DNA from: Stramenopiles sp. TOSAG23-2
Taxonomy: Eukaryota
Direction: 5' to 3'
Length of the DNA: 46,172 nucleotides
NCBI GenBank assembly: GCA_900128395.1
Contig: LT649283.1
Location: 1-46,172, forward strand
The notes beneath the pieces were generated by a model. The model was not told the origin of the DNA and searched no databases. It worked only from the letters and a program-made list of their open reading frames with translations. The position numbers and the translations under genes are program-made. This document shows positions 1 through 11,276 of this stretch, one piece after another (positions within the stretch are counted from its first letter, which is position 1; every line of letters starts with the position of its first letter).

Positions 1-273
1 TAGAAAATCTATATTACATATATCCAAATGCCACGACGTAATTTTTGGTTTTTCAGGAGAGAGGAGAAGAGAGTGTGTCTCAGTATCATATTTAAAAAAT
101 ATTGTAATTTTAAATAATCATATATTTTAATTTTGCATTTTATTTGACAAAACACATATTTTTCTTCTGTGTATACTACAAGAACCCAACTATATCAACC
201 TCTTAAATAAATCTATTTTTGTGTGTTGCACCGTTGTGCCACATTTGATTACATATTATATATTAATATAATA

Positions 274-1613
274 TCACAACTTTTCCATATCCGTATTATT
301 ATTCTTATTACTCGTACTATAATCATTTCCCTGTCTAAATTTCAATTCATCGTATGTATAATGTTTTGATACAGCACCATGTTGTGTAACACATATACCA
401 CCACCAATATTACCAATTTGACAACTATTTTGTACAATACCCTTCAATCTATTATTATTATCATCACCATTATTATTTAAATTGCTTTGTACTAAATATT
501 CAAATAAAAAAGATGCAGCAAATGAATCACCAGCACCAGTTGTATCAAGAATGTCTTCTTTTTTTATTTGCTTACCAATTGGTACTTCTAAACGTAAAAC
601 CTCCCCTTTGCCAGCAATTACACCACCTTCACCAATTGTTACAATAAATAAACAATTTGGATATAATCTACATAATATTTCCAATGCTTCGTTTGGATTA
701 TTGGATACGGATACATTATCACCTGATGTTAATTGATTTGCAATACCTTGTGCTTCTAATTCATTTGGAAACAAGATATCAACATATGGTAATACAGTTT
801 TTAAATATCCATTTCCATTCCATGAATCACTTGCATCAAAATTGGTATCTAACGATATGGTTAATTTCGATGGTGGGTATTTTTCTTTTAACATTTTTAA
901 ATATATATCAAAATCTTTCGTCATCATCTGTTTGCAACAAAAGTATCCACCCTGTGGAGCGTAGCATATGAATGAGTGATGCGTTAGAGAGGGTTTCTCT
1001 TTTTACCAGGTTTAGGGAAATAGAATTTACTTACAATATGTAAATGGTAAATTGAATTGAAATAATTCGAATGATCAAATGTTTGACAAGCAGTTTGATA
1101 GATATACTTTGGTGTCAATTGATCATTGGTAGAATTGCAACTAACAAATGCACGATCGGATTCACCTGTCATGACAATACAAGTAGCTTGTGAGCTACTA
1201 TCATCGATTATAACATGATTTGTATTTACATAATTCTCATTTGACAATATGTTACGATGTATCCCACCTAATGTATCATTACCAATAACACATTGTAAAA
1301 CAGGTAGTTGAAATTCAAGAATGTTATTATTAGTATCATGAGTTGAATGATTCTTATTGTTGTTGTTCTTTTTTCGTTCTGAATAGGAATGAACCAATGC
1401 ACCATATCGTCTAGCAGCATTGCATAATGAACCACCAGCTAAAATTTGAACAGAATCAACGGTTGTATCGTATCCCCAACGTGGGAGATTGTTCATTTTC
1501 GATGTTTGTATATCTACAAATGCATCACCGCAAAAACATGTAATCATTTGTAATTTCTTTTTTGTCCCATCATTATTATTATTATTAACATTTGTTGATG
1601 TAATTGATGTCAT
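274..1613 (-). CDS. PfkB/ribokinase-family carbohydrate kinase, 2 exons (1613-1035, 951-274), 418 aa
   Basis: ORFs 984..1613 and 274..927 join through a GTAAGT...CAG phase-0 intron, giving ...YHLHI|GGYFCCKQMMTK... PfkB motifs are present: GGSLCNAA, IGNDTLG, SLDTNFD, LFPNELEA, VTIGEGG and the signature DTTGAGDSF. Confidence 0.9.
952..1034 (-). other. Spliceosomal intron in the PfkB gene (83 nt)
   Basis: Donor GTAAGT at 1034, branch CTCTAAC, acceptor CCACAG ending at 952. Splicing removes a stop codon and restores the frame. Confidence 0.9.
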
Positions 1614-2261
1614 TTTATTAATGAATTTCTTTTATTATATATTTAATTACAGTGATGGTTAACATCTAAGTTATAATAATTTTACTTCCCGTGGTAATTA
1701 ATATGCTAAATACTCCTCAATCTTAGGAATAATATTCAATCCTACTATAATAAAGCTCTAATGCATATATTTAATTACTATTTATATTATTTTTATGAAT
1801 TCTTCCATTTTTGTAATTTCTATATTTGTTATTATTTTATTATATTAAAAGTCATCAAGAAAAAGTTAAAGTGGTTGAAGAAGAAAAGGCTGGAGGGAAT
1901 TCAAATAGATAATATTAATATATATAAATTTTCTCTTTATTACACATCTATATCATACCATGGTCTCATTTTATATATAATGTATACAGAGTTTGTTTTA
2001 AAATCAACTAATTTATATGCATGATATAAGTTTAATTGCGGAACAATGTGCATATTCAATTGCATCTCTCCTTTCTCTCTCTCTCTCTCTCTGCTGGTGT
2101 TTTCCTCAAGATAGAGAGAGTTTCACACCTACCATTCCCACACATATGTCTCCATCGCATCATTGACTTCATCAATATCATTATATTATAATTCACACTG
2201 TGCAAAATATTTTTCGATCATATGTGTTGAAAGTCTATTATAAAATGAAATACCAGTTGTT

Positions 2262-2972
2262 TCATTGATAATTACTAAAATCAACTGGTTTATGTATTGT
2301 TGATTGGAATGTATTTGCCAATGTAGCTATATTTCCAATAGCAGCACGCCATTCATTTGCTTCCCTTGCATTGTTTCTAGATACTTCCATCCCGTTTACA
2401 CCATTCCCATGTCTCCATATTTCATATACTTCGTTTAATTCCCCAATTTCAGTGTAAAATATAGAAATTAATGAAGTGCAGTCATCCAACGTTTTCAATT
2501 TAGACGGTAATCCAGTTTCATAATATTCTAGAAATTTTGGTACTGTATCATATCCTAATTTTAAATTATATTTCCTAAATTCATATATACATTTGTTATT
2601 CATGTGACTTGCATCTGTTACGTTTGTTGTATCATTTGGTATTAAACTATGTAAATTAAAATTTTCAACCAGTGGTGGTTCAACAAAAATATTTGATTGT
2701 TGTGTTAACATCATTGGACGTACTATACTTAAATATTGTTTCCACTCTTCATTATTTGCACTTGATTGCCGTTTATGATCACGTTCTTCCATGCTTTCAT
2801 ATGAATATAAATGTGTTGCAAGATTCAATTGTCCACCTGTCTCTGGAAGTGAAAATAACCGCAATGGAAATAATTCTTTTCTTAAAGATGCATTTTGTCT
2901 TGTTGCATTTATATATTTCAATGCAGATCCAATTTGTAATGCATATTGCCTAAATTCAATGATTCGTCTCAT
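2262..2972 (-). CDS. NIPSNAP: NIPSNAP family protein (two NIPSNAP domains)
   Basis: Two repeats beginning IIEFRQY / IYEFRKY, with GGQLN..HLYSYESMEERD and TEIGELNEVYEIW motifs typical of NIPSNAP. Confidence 0.85.
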   Translation of the reverse strand: MRRIIEFRQYALQIGSALKYINATRQNASLRKELFPLRLFSLPETGGQLNLATHLYSYESMEERDHKRQSSANNEEWKQYLSIVRPMMLTQQSNIFVEPPLVENFNLHSLIPNDTTNVTDASHMNNKCIYEFRKYNLKLGYDTVPKFLEYYETGLPSKLKTLDDCTSLISIFYTEIGELNEVYEIWRHGNGVNGMEVSRNNAREANEWRAAIGNIATLANTFQSTIHKPVDFSNYQ

Positions 2973-3286
2973 AATATATATATATATATATATTAATTAC
3001 ATGTATATTGTTTTCATCTATAATGTGTATATTCTATTTTCAAGTATACATCGTTTTCTTATTATGATGAGATGATACATGTAATAATAAAAATGAATTA
3101 GAACAAAAACAAAAACGAGACGCACGCGTCGTGTTTTAATTTCAAATATACTTGTATATATATATAATTGAAAGGCATCATGTGCAAAATATTATAACAT
3201 ACAAAATATATACAATTCTACATTAATAATATATAGCATAACAACAATAAACAATACACTGTATATATATTTATATATATAGAACA

Positions 3287-6085
3287 ATGGCAACAATCGC
3301 AGAAACAAATACTACTTCATCTGTATTTTTAGATAAAAATGTGTGTCCAACAATATATAATATTACTTGGGATGTTGATTTGGACAGTCAAATTATAACT
3401 GCATTTGGTGATATTGAATTTGATATTAAAGGTTCTGGAGTTGAAATATTAAAATTGCATGCTTTGGATTTAAACATTGACAAATCGTCTGTTACATGGA
3501 CATCTGCATCTTCCCCAAATGGTGCAGCGCAAAAATTAAAAGGTGATATAACATATGATACAAAAGAACAAACCGTATCTTTAGGTCCATTTAATACTAT
3601 ATTAAAAGGTAAAGGTACATTGAATTTAAAATGGAATTTTGTATTAACAGATAATCTATGTGGTTTTTACAGATCAACATATACTGATATGGATGGAACT
3701 GAGAAAATCATGGCAGTTACACAATTTGAAGCAACAGATGCTAGAAGGGCATTTCCATGTGTCGATGAACCAGCAGCAAAAGCAATATTCAAAGTCACTT
3801 TAATCATACCAAGTGATAGAATTGCTGTTTCCAACATGCCGGTTAATAATAAAAATACTATATCAAATGGAAAACGTGTTGTCTATACATTTGATCCAAC
3901 ACCAATCATGTCGACATATTTATTAGCATTAATTGTTGCAGAATTTGATTATATTTCTATTTTAACTGAAAATCAAGTTAGAACATCTGTTTACACGCCA
4001 AAAGGTAAAACACATTTAGGTCAACATGCAATGTACGTAGCAAGTAAAGCATTGCCATTTTTTGAAAATATGTTTAAAATTAAATATCCATTAGCAAAAT
4101 CTGATTTATTAGCTATACCTGATTTTGCAGCGGGTGCGATGGAAAATTGGGGATGTGTTACCTATCGTGAAACGCGTTTATTAATTGATAAGGATAATTC
4201 CCCATTGGCAAATAAAATTGCATGCTCAAGAACAGTTTCACATGAATTAGCTCATATGTGGTTTGGCAATTTAGTAACAATGGAATGGTGGACAGACTTA
4301 TGGCTGAACGAGGGATTTGCACGATTCATGGAATTTTTAGCTGTCGATCATATTTTTCCTGATTGGAAAGTTTGGAATTTATTTGCATATTCCGTACATG
4401 GCTTAGCACTTGATTTAGATGCTATGGAATCATCTCATCCTATTGAAGTTCCTGTATCACATCCAGATGAAATCAATGAAATATTTGATGGTATTAGTTA
4501 TGCAAAAGGAGCTAGTGTTATACGAATGTTGTATGATTTTATTGGCCAAGATAATTTTATGGAAGGTGTCCAAAATTATTTAAATAAATTTTCCTATGCA
4601 AATGCAAAAACGAACGATTTATGGAATGAAATCAATCAAGTGGTTCAAAAAAACAATTTTAGATACAATCATTCTACTGTTGATAGTGAAGATCAAGCTG
4701 TGGATATTAATACAATGATGGCTTCATGGACGAAAATTCAAGGGTATCCAGTTGTATTCATTGAAGAAACGGCTGGTAGTGATATTGGATTGGGTAGACG
4801 TACTTTCAAATTGACTCAAAAGTTATTTGGTGATATTGATTCAAATATGGTAAAAGAAAACAAAACTTTATGGCAGATACCTATTTCAGTTTTAAATGGT
4901 GGATTTGTATCAAATTACGAAACCTCTACACCTCTTAGTGTTTATTATATGAAAGATGAAACAATGGAAATTGAAATCCCTGCTTCAGATCATAAAATGT
5001 TCATTAGGTTTAATGCAGGTCAAATAGGTGTATACAGATGTTGTTATCGTGAAAGATCACCTGCATTTGATCAATTATGTGAAGGTATCCTATCAAACGA
5101 AGGGGGTGATGTAATAATGTTTGGCCCGAACCCATCATTAGACGCAGTTGATCGTATTGGTTTAATATCAGATGCATTTGCATGTTTTAAATTTGGATTA
5201 GTTCAAAATCCAGAGATGTGCTTTCATTTAGCTTCATGTTTTAAAAATGAAAATGCATTAGATGTATTGAAAGAATTAAGTTCAAATTTAAGTGGGATGT
5301 TGTCTGTTTATAGTGATGTCGATGAAATTGCTGCACCAATACGCAAATTAATTATTGATATATTTGCTAGACATGGCAATGAATTAGGATGGAATAAAAA
5401 AGAAAATGAAAATGAAACAGACGCATTGAAGCGTGCAACTGTTATACGTATATTGATTAAAGCTAAATCGCAAGATATTATTAATAAAGCGTGTGAATTA
5501 TTTAAAAATCGTGACAATGAAAATGTGAAGATCGAACCAGATTTACGTGGTTTAGTATACAATACAGCTATGGTGCATAGCAACGGAAATGATGTTGAAA
5601 TTTATGATTCATTGAAGAAGACGTACGAAACAGCAGAATTAGCAGATGAAAAACGAAGAGCTTTCACTGCATTAGCAAGTTCTAGTGTTTCCAGTTTGCA
5701 GCAGAAAACATTAAATTGGGCGTTATTATCTGGAGAAGTGAGAAATCAAGATGTACCGACGATAATTAGTGCAGTTTCAAATAGTAAAAATGGTGGTGAA
5801 GTATGTTGGAACTTTTTCAAAACAAATTTCGAAGCTATTAATGGAAATTTCAGTGAAGGGCAAAGCTTTTTGCTTGGTCGACTTGTATCAAGTTGTATAT
5901 CAAATTTAAAGTCATTAGATGATGTAAATGATGTCGAATCATTCTTTAATACAAATCCAGTACCATCTGCTGCACGATCAATTAAAAAGAGCTTAGAAAA
6001 AATACGTATGATTGCAAGAAGAAGAGAAAGGGAAATGGGACCCTTGAAAGAATATTTTATGAGTGGTGGTGGGAACAAATTGTAG
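3287..6085 (+). CDS. M1-family zinc aminopeptidase (puromycin-sensitive aminopeptidase-like), 932 aa
   Basis: Contains TQFEATDARRAFPC, GAMENWG, the HELAH-x18-E zinc motif (HELAHMWFGNLVTMEWWTDLWLNEGFA), SYAKG and an ERAP1-like C-terminal helical region. Confidence 0.97.
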   Translation: MATIAETNTTSSVFLDKNVCPTIYNITWDVDLDSQIITAFGDIEFDIKGSGVEILKLHALDLNIDKSSVTWTSASSPNGAAQKLKGDITYDTKEQTVSLGPFNTILKGKGTLNLKWNFVLTDNLCGFYRSTYTDMDGTEKIMAVTQFEATDARRAFPCVDEPAAKAIFKVTLIIPSDRIAVSNMPVNNKNTISNGKRVVYTFDPTPIMSTYLLALIVAEFDYISILTENQVRTSVYTPKGKTHLGQHAMYVASKALPFFENMFKIKYPLAKSDLLAIPDFAAGAMENWGCVTYRETRLLIDKDNSPLANKIACSRTVSHELAHMWFGNLVTMEWWTDLWLNEGFARFMEFLAVDHIFPDWKVWNLFAYSVHGLALDLDAMESSHPIEVPVSHPDEINEIFDGISYAKGASVIRMLYDFIGQDNFMEGVQNYLNKFSYANAKTNDLWNEINQVVQKNNFRYNHSTVDSEDQAVDINTMMASWTKIQGYPVVFIEETAGSDIGLGRRTFKLTQKLFGDIDSNMVKENKTLWQIPISVLNGGFVSNYETSTPLSVYYMKDETMEIEIPASDHKMFIRFNAGQIGVYRCCYRERSPAFDQLCEGILSNEGGDVIMFGPNPSLDAVDRIGLISDAFACFKFGLVQNPEMCFHLASCFKNENALDVLKELSSNLSGMLSVYSDVDEIAAPIRKLIIDIFARHGNELGWNKKENENETDALKRATVIRILIKAKSQDIINKACELFKNRDNENVKIEPDLRGLVYNTAMVHSNGNDVEIYDSLKKTYETAELADEKRRAFTALASSSVSSLQQKTLNWALLSGEVRNQDVPTIISAVSNSKNGGEVCWNFFKTNFEAINGNFSEGQSFLLGRLVSSCISNLKSLDDVNDVESFFNTNPVPSAARSIKKSLEKIRMIARRREREMGPLKEYFMSGGGNKL

Positions 6086-6352
6086 AAAACTAACTTTGGT
6101 ACATATACGATCGTATTCGTGTACGTTCGTATTTATATTTTTAACCACAAAAGATATTTTGTAATATTTTAAAATATGTTCTATCACACATACACACACT
6201 CTGTCTTTTTGTCTGTTCCATATATCATTTTTTATTTATATTATTTTTACATTGTCCACAATATATTAAAATTTACGTATGAAGGTAATATTTTAACATC
6301 ATTAATCGTAAAAACAGATTTTAACCATCTATGATAATTATATATCGTATCA

Positions 6353-8338
6353 TCATCGACCATGTAAATCAACATTGCCGCTAAATTCATCATGCCCAAG
6401 TTGAACCTCTGATTCTTTTGTACCGGAGGCTGTAACTGCTCGATCAGGTGTATCATACGCTTCTGGTGTAGTTTCTGAATCAGTGCCAGCAGGAGCAATG
6501 CCCATGTTTGCTGCTTTAGCAGCACCTTGAAATGATGGTGGGTGTTGCAAGTTTTCAATAGACTCCAATGCATCAGTGTAATATTTCTCATAATAAGTAC
6601 TGTAATAATCGGAGTAATATGCACTATAATAATTATTGTAATATTCACTTTGTGGCGAATCATGGCAATAATTGCAATGTTTATGTTTGTAATAACATAA
6701 ATGGCACCATATATCTTGATCTGGAGTACGTGTTAATGCCGTGGTTAACGTCGGTACAAGCGCATGCGTTACTGTTAACGTTAATAACTTATTCAATTTT
6801 ATAGGCAATGCACGTTCCATTAAATACGGTACAACTTTATTGACTTTTTCTGGTATTGCTTGTTGCAACGTTGGGACAATTTGATTAGCCATTTTAGGTA
6901 TAATATTTTGTGTGATAACTTCTGCCATTTTCGGCCCAAGTTGCATACCTAGTTCCGTGGAAATCGATTCTACTACTGTATGATGCAATGCATCTGTTAA
7001 CAGAGACACAACATTGTGCACAAGTGGCTGTGCTAACAATTCAATTTCATCCTCCGGAACATTCGATAAAACATCCCCAGGAACTTGGTCGGATAAAACT
7101 TGTGCTGTTCTCGACGTATCTTGTCGTAAAAAATTATTTATTAATCCTGGTATAAATGCATGTAAAAATTGCAATACTAATTCTGGTAAATCAGGTATTG
7201 GCTGTTCTTTTTTATTGCGTGTTTGTATAAATGCCATTTCATGCTTTGCTCTTAATGCTAATGTTTGGGATTCTAATAATGAACCATTGGCCAATCCGCA
7301 ATAATGTGGCATATGAGGTACTATAGGATGCCATGAATTTTTAATGCGTGGATATTTATTTAATAAATTTTTATTTGATTTTGCAAAATTTTCTGGTATA
7401 ACATGTCGACTTAATATCGAAATTGTTTTCATTGTTTTTCGTTTTCTTCTCCTTTCATTTATTAAATTACCACTTTGACCGTATAATATATCTCCTGTCA
7501 TTGCATCGACGAAATTTTTTGTTGGCCATAATTTTTGTTTAGATGGTGACAAAATATTTAAAAAACATTTATTCAATGCAAATCTGTTTATATCGTTGTA
7601 ATTATTATGATGATTATCAAGAATAATTTTACTAGTCATATCAGTGCCATGATGATCACGGTATCTCAATAACAATGCAAAATATAACGTATCTGTTGTG
7701 TTTGTCTCTCCTAATCCTTTGATTTCTTTCAGTATAGTAGGATTTTGTCTTTCTAATAAATTTATAATGGAACTTGTTAAACCATATACAGCTTTCGTAC
7801 CGTGTGGTAAACTTATTAAGTGCCATGGTGGTGTTGTTTCTTTACCTTTAAAATCATCAAATAAATCAGAATATGTTGGTATAATAAGTTTCGAATCACC
7901 TTTCAATTGGCATTCTAACGACATTGTACCACTGACACCAAGGTTCTTTTCCCTAACTTTTTTATTAGTAGTTATATTTACGATATTTGTTTTGGACAAA
8001 GGTGTTTCAGTTGGTAAATTTTCCTGTTTCCCATAAAAGTCTTCTAAATATACTTGTTGATTTAGCTTTAACTTTATAATTGCTGCCGTGAAATCAACAT
8101 GTCTTATATGTCGTTTAAATGCAATATTTTCCATCAAACCAGTTACACGATGTATTGTATATGTTGTTTTATTAATAAATGATGGTATATGGTTATGTAC
8201 ATGATTGTTGTTTTTTATATTATTATTATTACTAATACTATTTGTTTGAGTTATTATATTGTAATATATTAATATAATGAATATAAGGAAGTTACTATAA
8301 TAACAACGCATATTGTTGTTATGATTATATCTATACAT
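6353..8338 (-). CDS. Secreted protein of unknown function with a C-terminal Cys/His and Tyr-rich motif, 661 aa
   Basis: Long ORF with a hydrophobic N-terminal signal (FLIFIILIYYNIITQTNS), a run of amphipathic helices, then WCHLCYYKHKHCNYCH and YYNNYYSAYYSDYYSTYYEKYY. Confidence 0.8.
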   Translation of the reverse strand: MYRYNHNNNMRCYYSNFLIFIILIYYNIITQTNSISNNNNIKNNNHVHNHIPSFINKTTYTIHRVTGLMENIAFKRHIRHVDFTAAIIKLKLNQQVYLEDFYGKQENLPTETPLSKTNIVNITTNKKVREKNLGVSGTMSLECQLKGDSKLIIPTYSDLFDDFKGKETTPPWHLISLPHGTKAVYGLTSSIINLLERQNPTILKEIKGLGETNTTDTLYFALLLRYRDHHGTDMTSKIILDNHHNNYNDINRFALNKCFLNILSPSKQKLWPTKNFVDAMTGDILYGQSGNLINERRRKRKTMKTISILSRHVIPENFAKSNKNLLNKYPRIKNSWHPIVPHMPHYCGLANGSLLESQTLALRAKHEMAFIQTRNKKEQPIPDLPELVLQFLHAFIPGLINNFLRQDTSRTAQVLSDQVPGDVLSNVPEDEIELLAQPLVHNVVSLLTDALHHTVVESISTELGMQLGPKMAEVITQNIIPKMANQIVPTLQQAIPEKVNKVVPYLMERALPIKLNKLLTLTVTHALVPTLTTALTRTPDQDIWCHLCYYKHKHCNYCHDSPQSEYYNNYYSAYYSDYYSTYYEKYYTDALESIENLQHPPSFQGAAKAANMGIAPAGTDSETTPEAYDTPDRAVTASGTKESEVQLGHDEFSGNVDLHGR

Positions 8339-8767
8339 TGTAACTATTTAGTTGTGTGATAAGTTGCATATATATGTATAAAAAGAGAATAATCATATAC
8401 AATGTATTTAAACTATTGTTACATGCATATATATTTTTCAAAGGAAGAAGTATATATATATATATATTGTATTGTGTATATGACCGTGTGTTATATACTA
8501 TTATACATGATGCATGCCCTTTTTGTATAGTCTATTTATGATTTATTCCTCCTCCTCACCAGCTCACACATCACAACAGCAGCATGCATTATTTTTATAA
8601 AAATAATCATCAGATGATATAGAAACACAGAAGGTAATAATAAGACTATTAAACCCTTTACTATAATTAAATGTTACAGTTGCCTATCTATTTAATAATC
8701 CAATGCTTTTTTAATTTTCTAAAAACACTGTGTGACGAGTGAGAGTCTCGTTTGGTGTATAATATTT

Positions 8768-8786
8768 CCCCCCCCCCCCCCCCCCC
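8768..8786. repeat. Poly-C/G homopolymer (19 nt)
   Basis: Seen directly in the AT-rich divergent intergenic region between genes starting at 8338(-) and 9038(+). Confidence 0.95.
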
Positions 8787-9037
8787 TTCTTTTGTAATTA
8801 TTGATAGGTATATTATATTGAATTAGTATACCATTACACGATTTAAGTACAGTTAAAAATCCCAAAAATCTACTAAATCCCAAAAACTCGATTAAAGACG
8901 AGAGAGAAGAGGGGAATCATTCATTTGTAGATCATTCGTGTAGATAGATGATATGCACACGGAAGATATTGTAGATTATACAGGTAGAAACGAATATTAT
9001 TATATATATTAGCAATAACAGGAGGCATATATACAAC

Positions 9038-9727
9038 ATGAAGTCAAGTTCATATGCAATAATATACATCGTTGCATTTATTTTACTATTGCTACATAGT
9101 CACAATGTCAATGGAAGTAGTGTAAATAATAATGTACGTGGTGGTAATAATAATTTGTTAAAAGCAAGTGCCAAAGCAACCCCGCGTGCGGGTGGTAGTG
9201 ATGCAAAATGTGTGAAAATTTCCGTTGCTGGCCCAGCTGGTATTGGTGGTGATATCGTTGCACAATTAGCACCACATGATGCACCAAATACAGTTGCTAA
9301 TTTTTTATCTTATGTTGATAAAAAATATTATCAAGGTACTATTTTCCATCGTGTTATTAAAGGTTTTATGGTACAAGGTGGTGGTTTTACACAAGCATTT
9401 TATCAAAGCGATGCTACGGAGAAAGCTGGGCAAGCAGGGCCAATTAAAAATGAAGCTGGCCAACCAAATTCACGTGGTACATTGAGTATGGCACGTACAA
9501 ACGACCCAGATAGTGCAACCTCCCAATTTTTTATAAATACGGTTGATAATAAAAGTTTGGATAAAACAGATAGCGGTGCTGGTTATGCCGTCTTTGGTAA
9601 AGTATTAAAAGGTATGGATGTCGTTGATTCCATTGAAAGTACACAAACAACAACAATGGGATCCTTTTCTGATGTACCGCAAGCACCAATTTACATGAAA
9701 GATGTTGTTGTTGTTCCATGTCCATAG
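9038..9727 (+). CDS. Secreted cyclophilin-type peptidyl-prolyl isomerase, bacterial PpiA/PpiB-like
   Basis: Signal peptide followed by APNTVANF, FHRVIKGFMVQGGGF, IKNEA, RGTLSMART, SATSQFFIN and GYAVFGKV...GMDVVD. Confidence 0.95.
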   Translation: MKSSSYAIIYIVAFILLLLHSHNVNGSSVNNNVRGGNNNLLKASAKATPRAGGSDAKCVKISVAGPAGIGGDIVAQLAPHDAPNTVANFLSYVDKKYYQGTIFHRVIKGFMVQGGGFTQAFYQSDATEKAGQAGPIKNEAGQPNSRGTLSMARTNDPDSATSQFFINTVDNKSLDKTDSGAGYAVFGKVLKGMDVVDSIESTQTTTMGSFSDVPQAPIYMKDVVVVPCP

Positions 9728-10200
9728 AAAATATAAGGATAAAATCATATATATATATATATATAATATGATACGGAGGGGATGATGTTTATATATATAT
9801 ACGTATGATAATGGATTTGGATTATATATATATTATATATATATACGAGAGGTATACCATCAAAGATTGCCACCTGTTTGGAGATCTCTAGAACAAAGAT
9901 TTTAAGCATGTGTGTGTAGAGATTATACGAACGAACGTACAAAAAAAGTTAAAAAATATATATATCCAGTATATATATTTATATTTGCTTATAAAATATA
10001 TGTGTGTACAGTGTGTATACATGAAATTTAGATCTCTCTACTCTTCTCGTTCCTCTCAAAATGAAATCATTTTAAAATCTCTTCTAAATATGTCCTGTCT
10101 CCACATCAATTCAATTCATATCAAATCATGTTTTACTCTGTATATGTATATATGTGTTTGATGTTGTTTCATTTGTTTTCTCTGTACTCTACGTAACTCT

Positions 10201-10935
10201 TTAAGAATTATAACGTTGGACAGTTCGGAATGTATTTCCAACAACAACTTGACTATAATACTGACCATTGATTAATATTAATGCTGCAGTTAAAAACGAT
10301 AAGATTGGCATCTTTTTACAACGACTATCATCATCACCATATAATATTCCTAAATAAATAAAACATGATGCAATTGTTAATCCAGGGGAACGTAACCATA
10401 CATTAATACGTGCATTCCAAACTTTTTCATCATATCGTGATAACATTTTCAATTTCACTAATACTAACATGATGTAATCCAATGCACCAGGTAAACCACA
10501 TATGAAAAATGCAACAAAATTTTGCAATGGACCTGTATCAAATGCAATTCCAACTGGCCCAACGATACCAACAAAAACTAAATGGTGAAATACATCCCCA
10601 TCATGCAATTTAAACCTCATAAATGGCAATAAATGATAAATATGTAAACATAATATCATGTATGCTGGTTTCATGGAATAATCAACTCCACGTACACCTT
10701 TTGTAGCGCCAATAGGGTCAACAGCAGTTTTTAACAAATCGTTGATGCAAAAGTAACTGATTAGTAAATTAGCAAATGCATGTATACATTTCCAACGTGC
10801 AATTTTTCCAACTGTAGTTTGATTAATAAACAAATCAAATACAATTAATAATATAAATCCAACAGCAAATTCTTTAATATGTAATTTCATTTCATTTATT
10901 ATTAATATATATATTTCATCAAATGACATCATCAT
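10201..10935 (-). CDS. TLC (TRAM/LAG1/CLN8) domain membrane protein
   Basis: Multiple TM segments with W..IHAFAN, DVFHHLVF, FICGLPGALDY, NVWLRSPG and NGQYY motifs. Confidence 0.75.
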   Translation of the reverse strand: MMMSFDEIYILIINEMKLHIKEFAVGFILLIVFDLFINQTTVGKIARWKCIHAFANLLISYFCINDLLKTAVDPIGATKGVRGVDYSMKPAYMILCLHIYHLLPFMRFKLHDGDVFHHLVFVGIVGPVGIAFDTGPLQNFVAFFICGLPGALDYIMLVLVKLKMLSRYDEKVWNARINVWLRSPGLTIASCFIYLGILYGDDDSRCKKMPILSFLTAALILINGQYYSQVVVGNTFRTVQRYNS

Positions 10936-11276
10936 TGCATTTATTTATGTATTTATTTATATATTATCACCATAAATTATATAATATATTTTTTTGTACA
11001 CTTGTATTGTTGTTGTTGTATATCAAATGATCTTATCTCTCTCTAATAATGATCGTATTCATTTTTCTTCTCTATACATTATTATTATTTATACAATCAT
11101 CGCGTGCTATATATAGTCCCTCTTCATCAATACCTGTAACACACACATATATGGGTGATGAGTGTGATGGGTATATAGAAGAAAAACAAATATATATTTA
11201 ACAGAGAGAAAAAAAAAATAGATCACCAAAGAATATAATAATAATTATAATATCTAATTATAATATAATACAAAAT

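Noticed and set aside
1011..1017. TTTAGGG telomere-like heptamer
   Set aside because: Single copy inside an intron; expected by chance.
1761..2024. Intergenic I/Y/F-rich ORFs (also 8356..8541, 9745..10161, 15318..15582, 31450..31809, 37314..37559)
   Set aside because: Translations of TA-rich low-complexity DNA with no protein-like composition.
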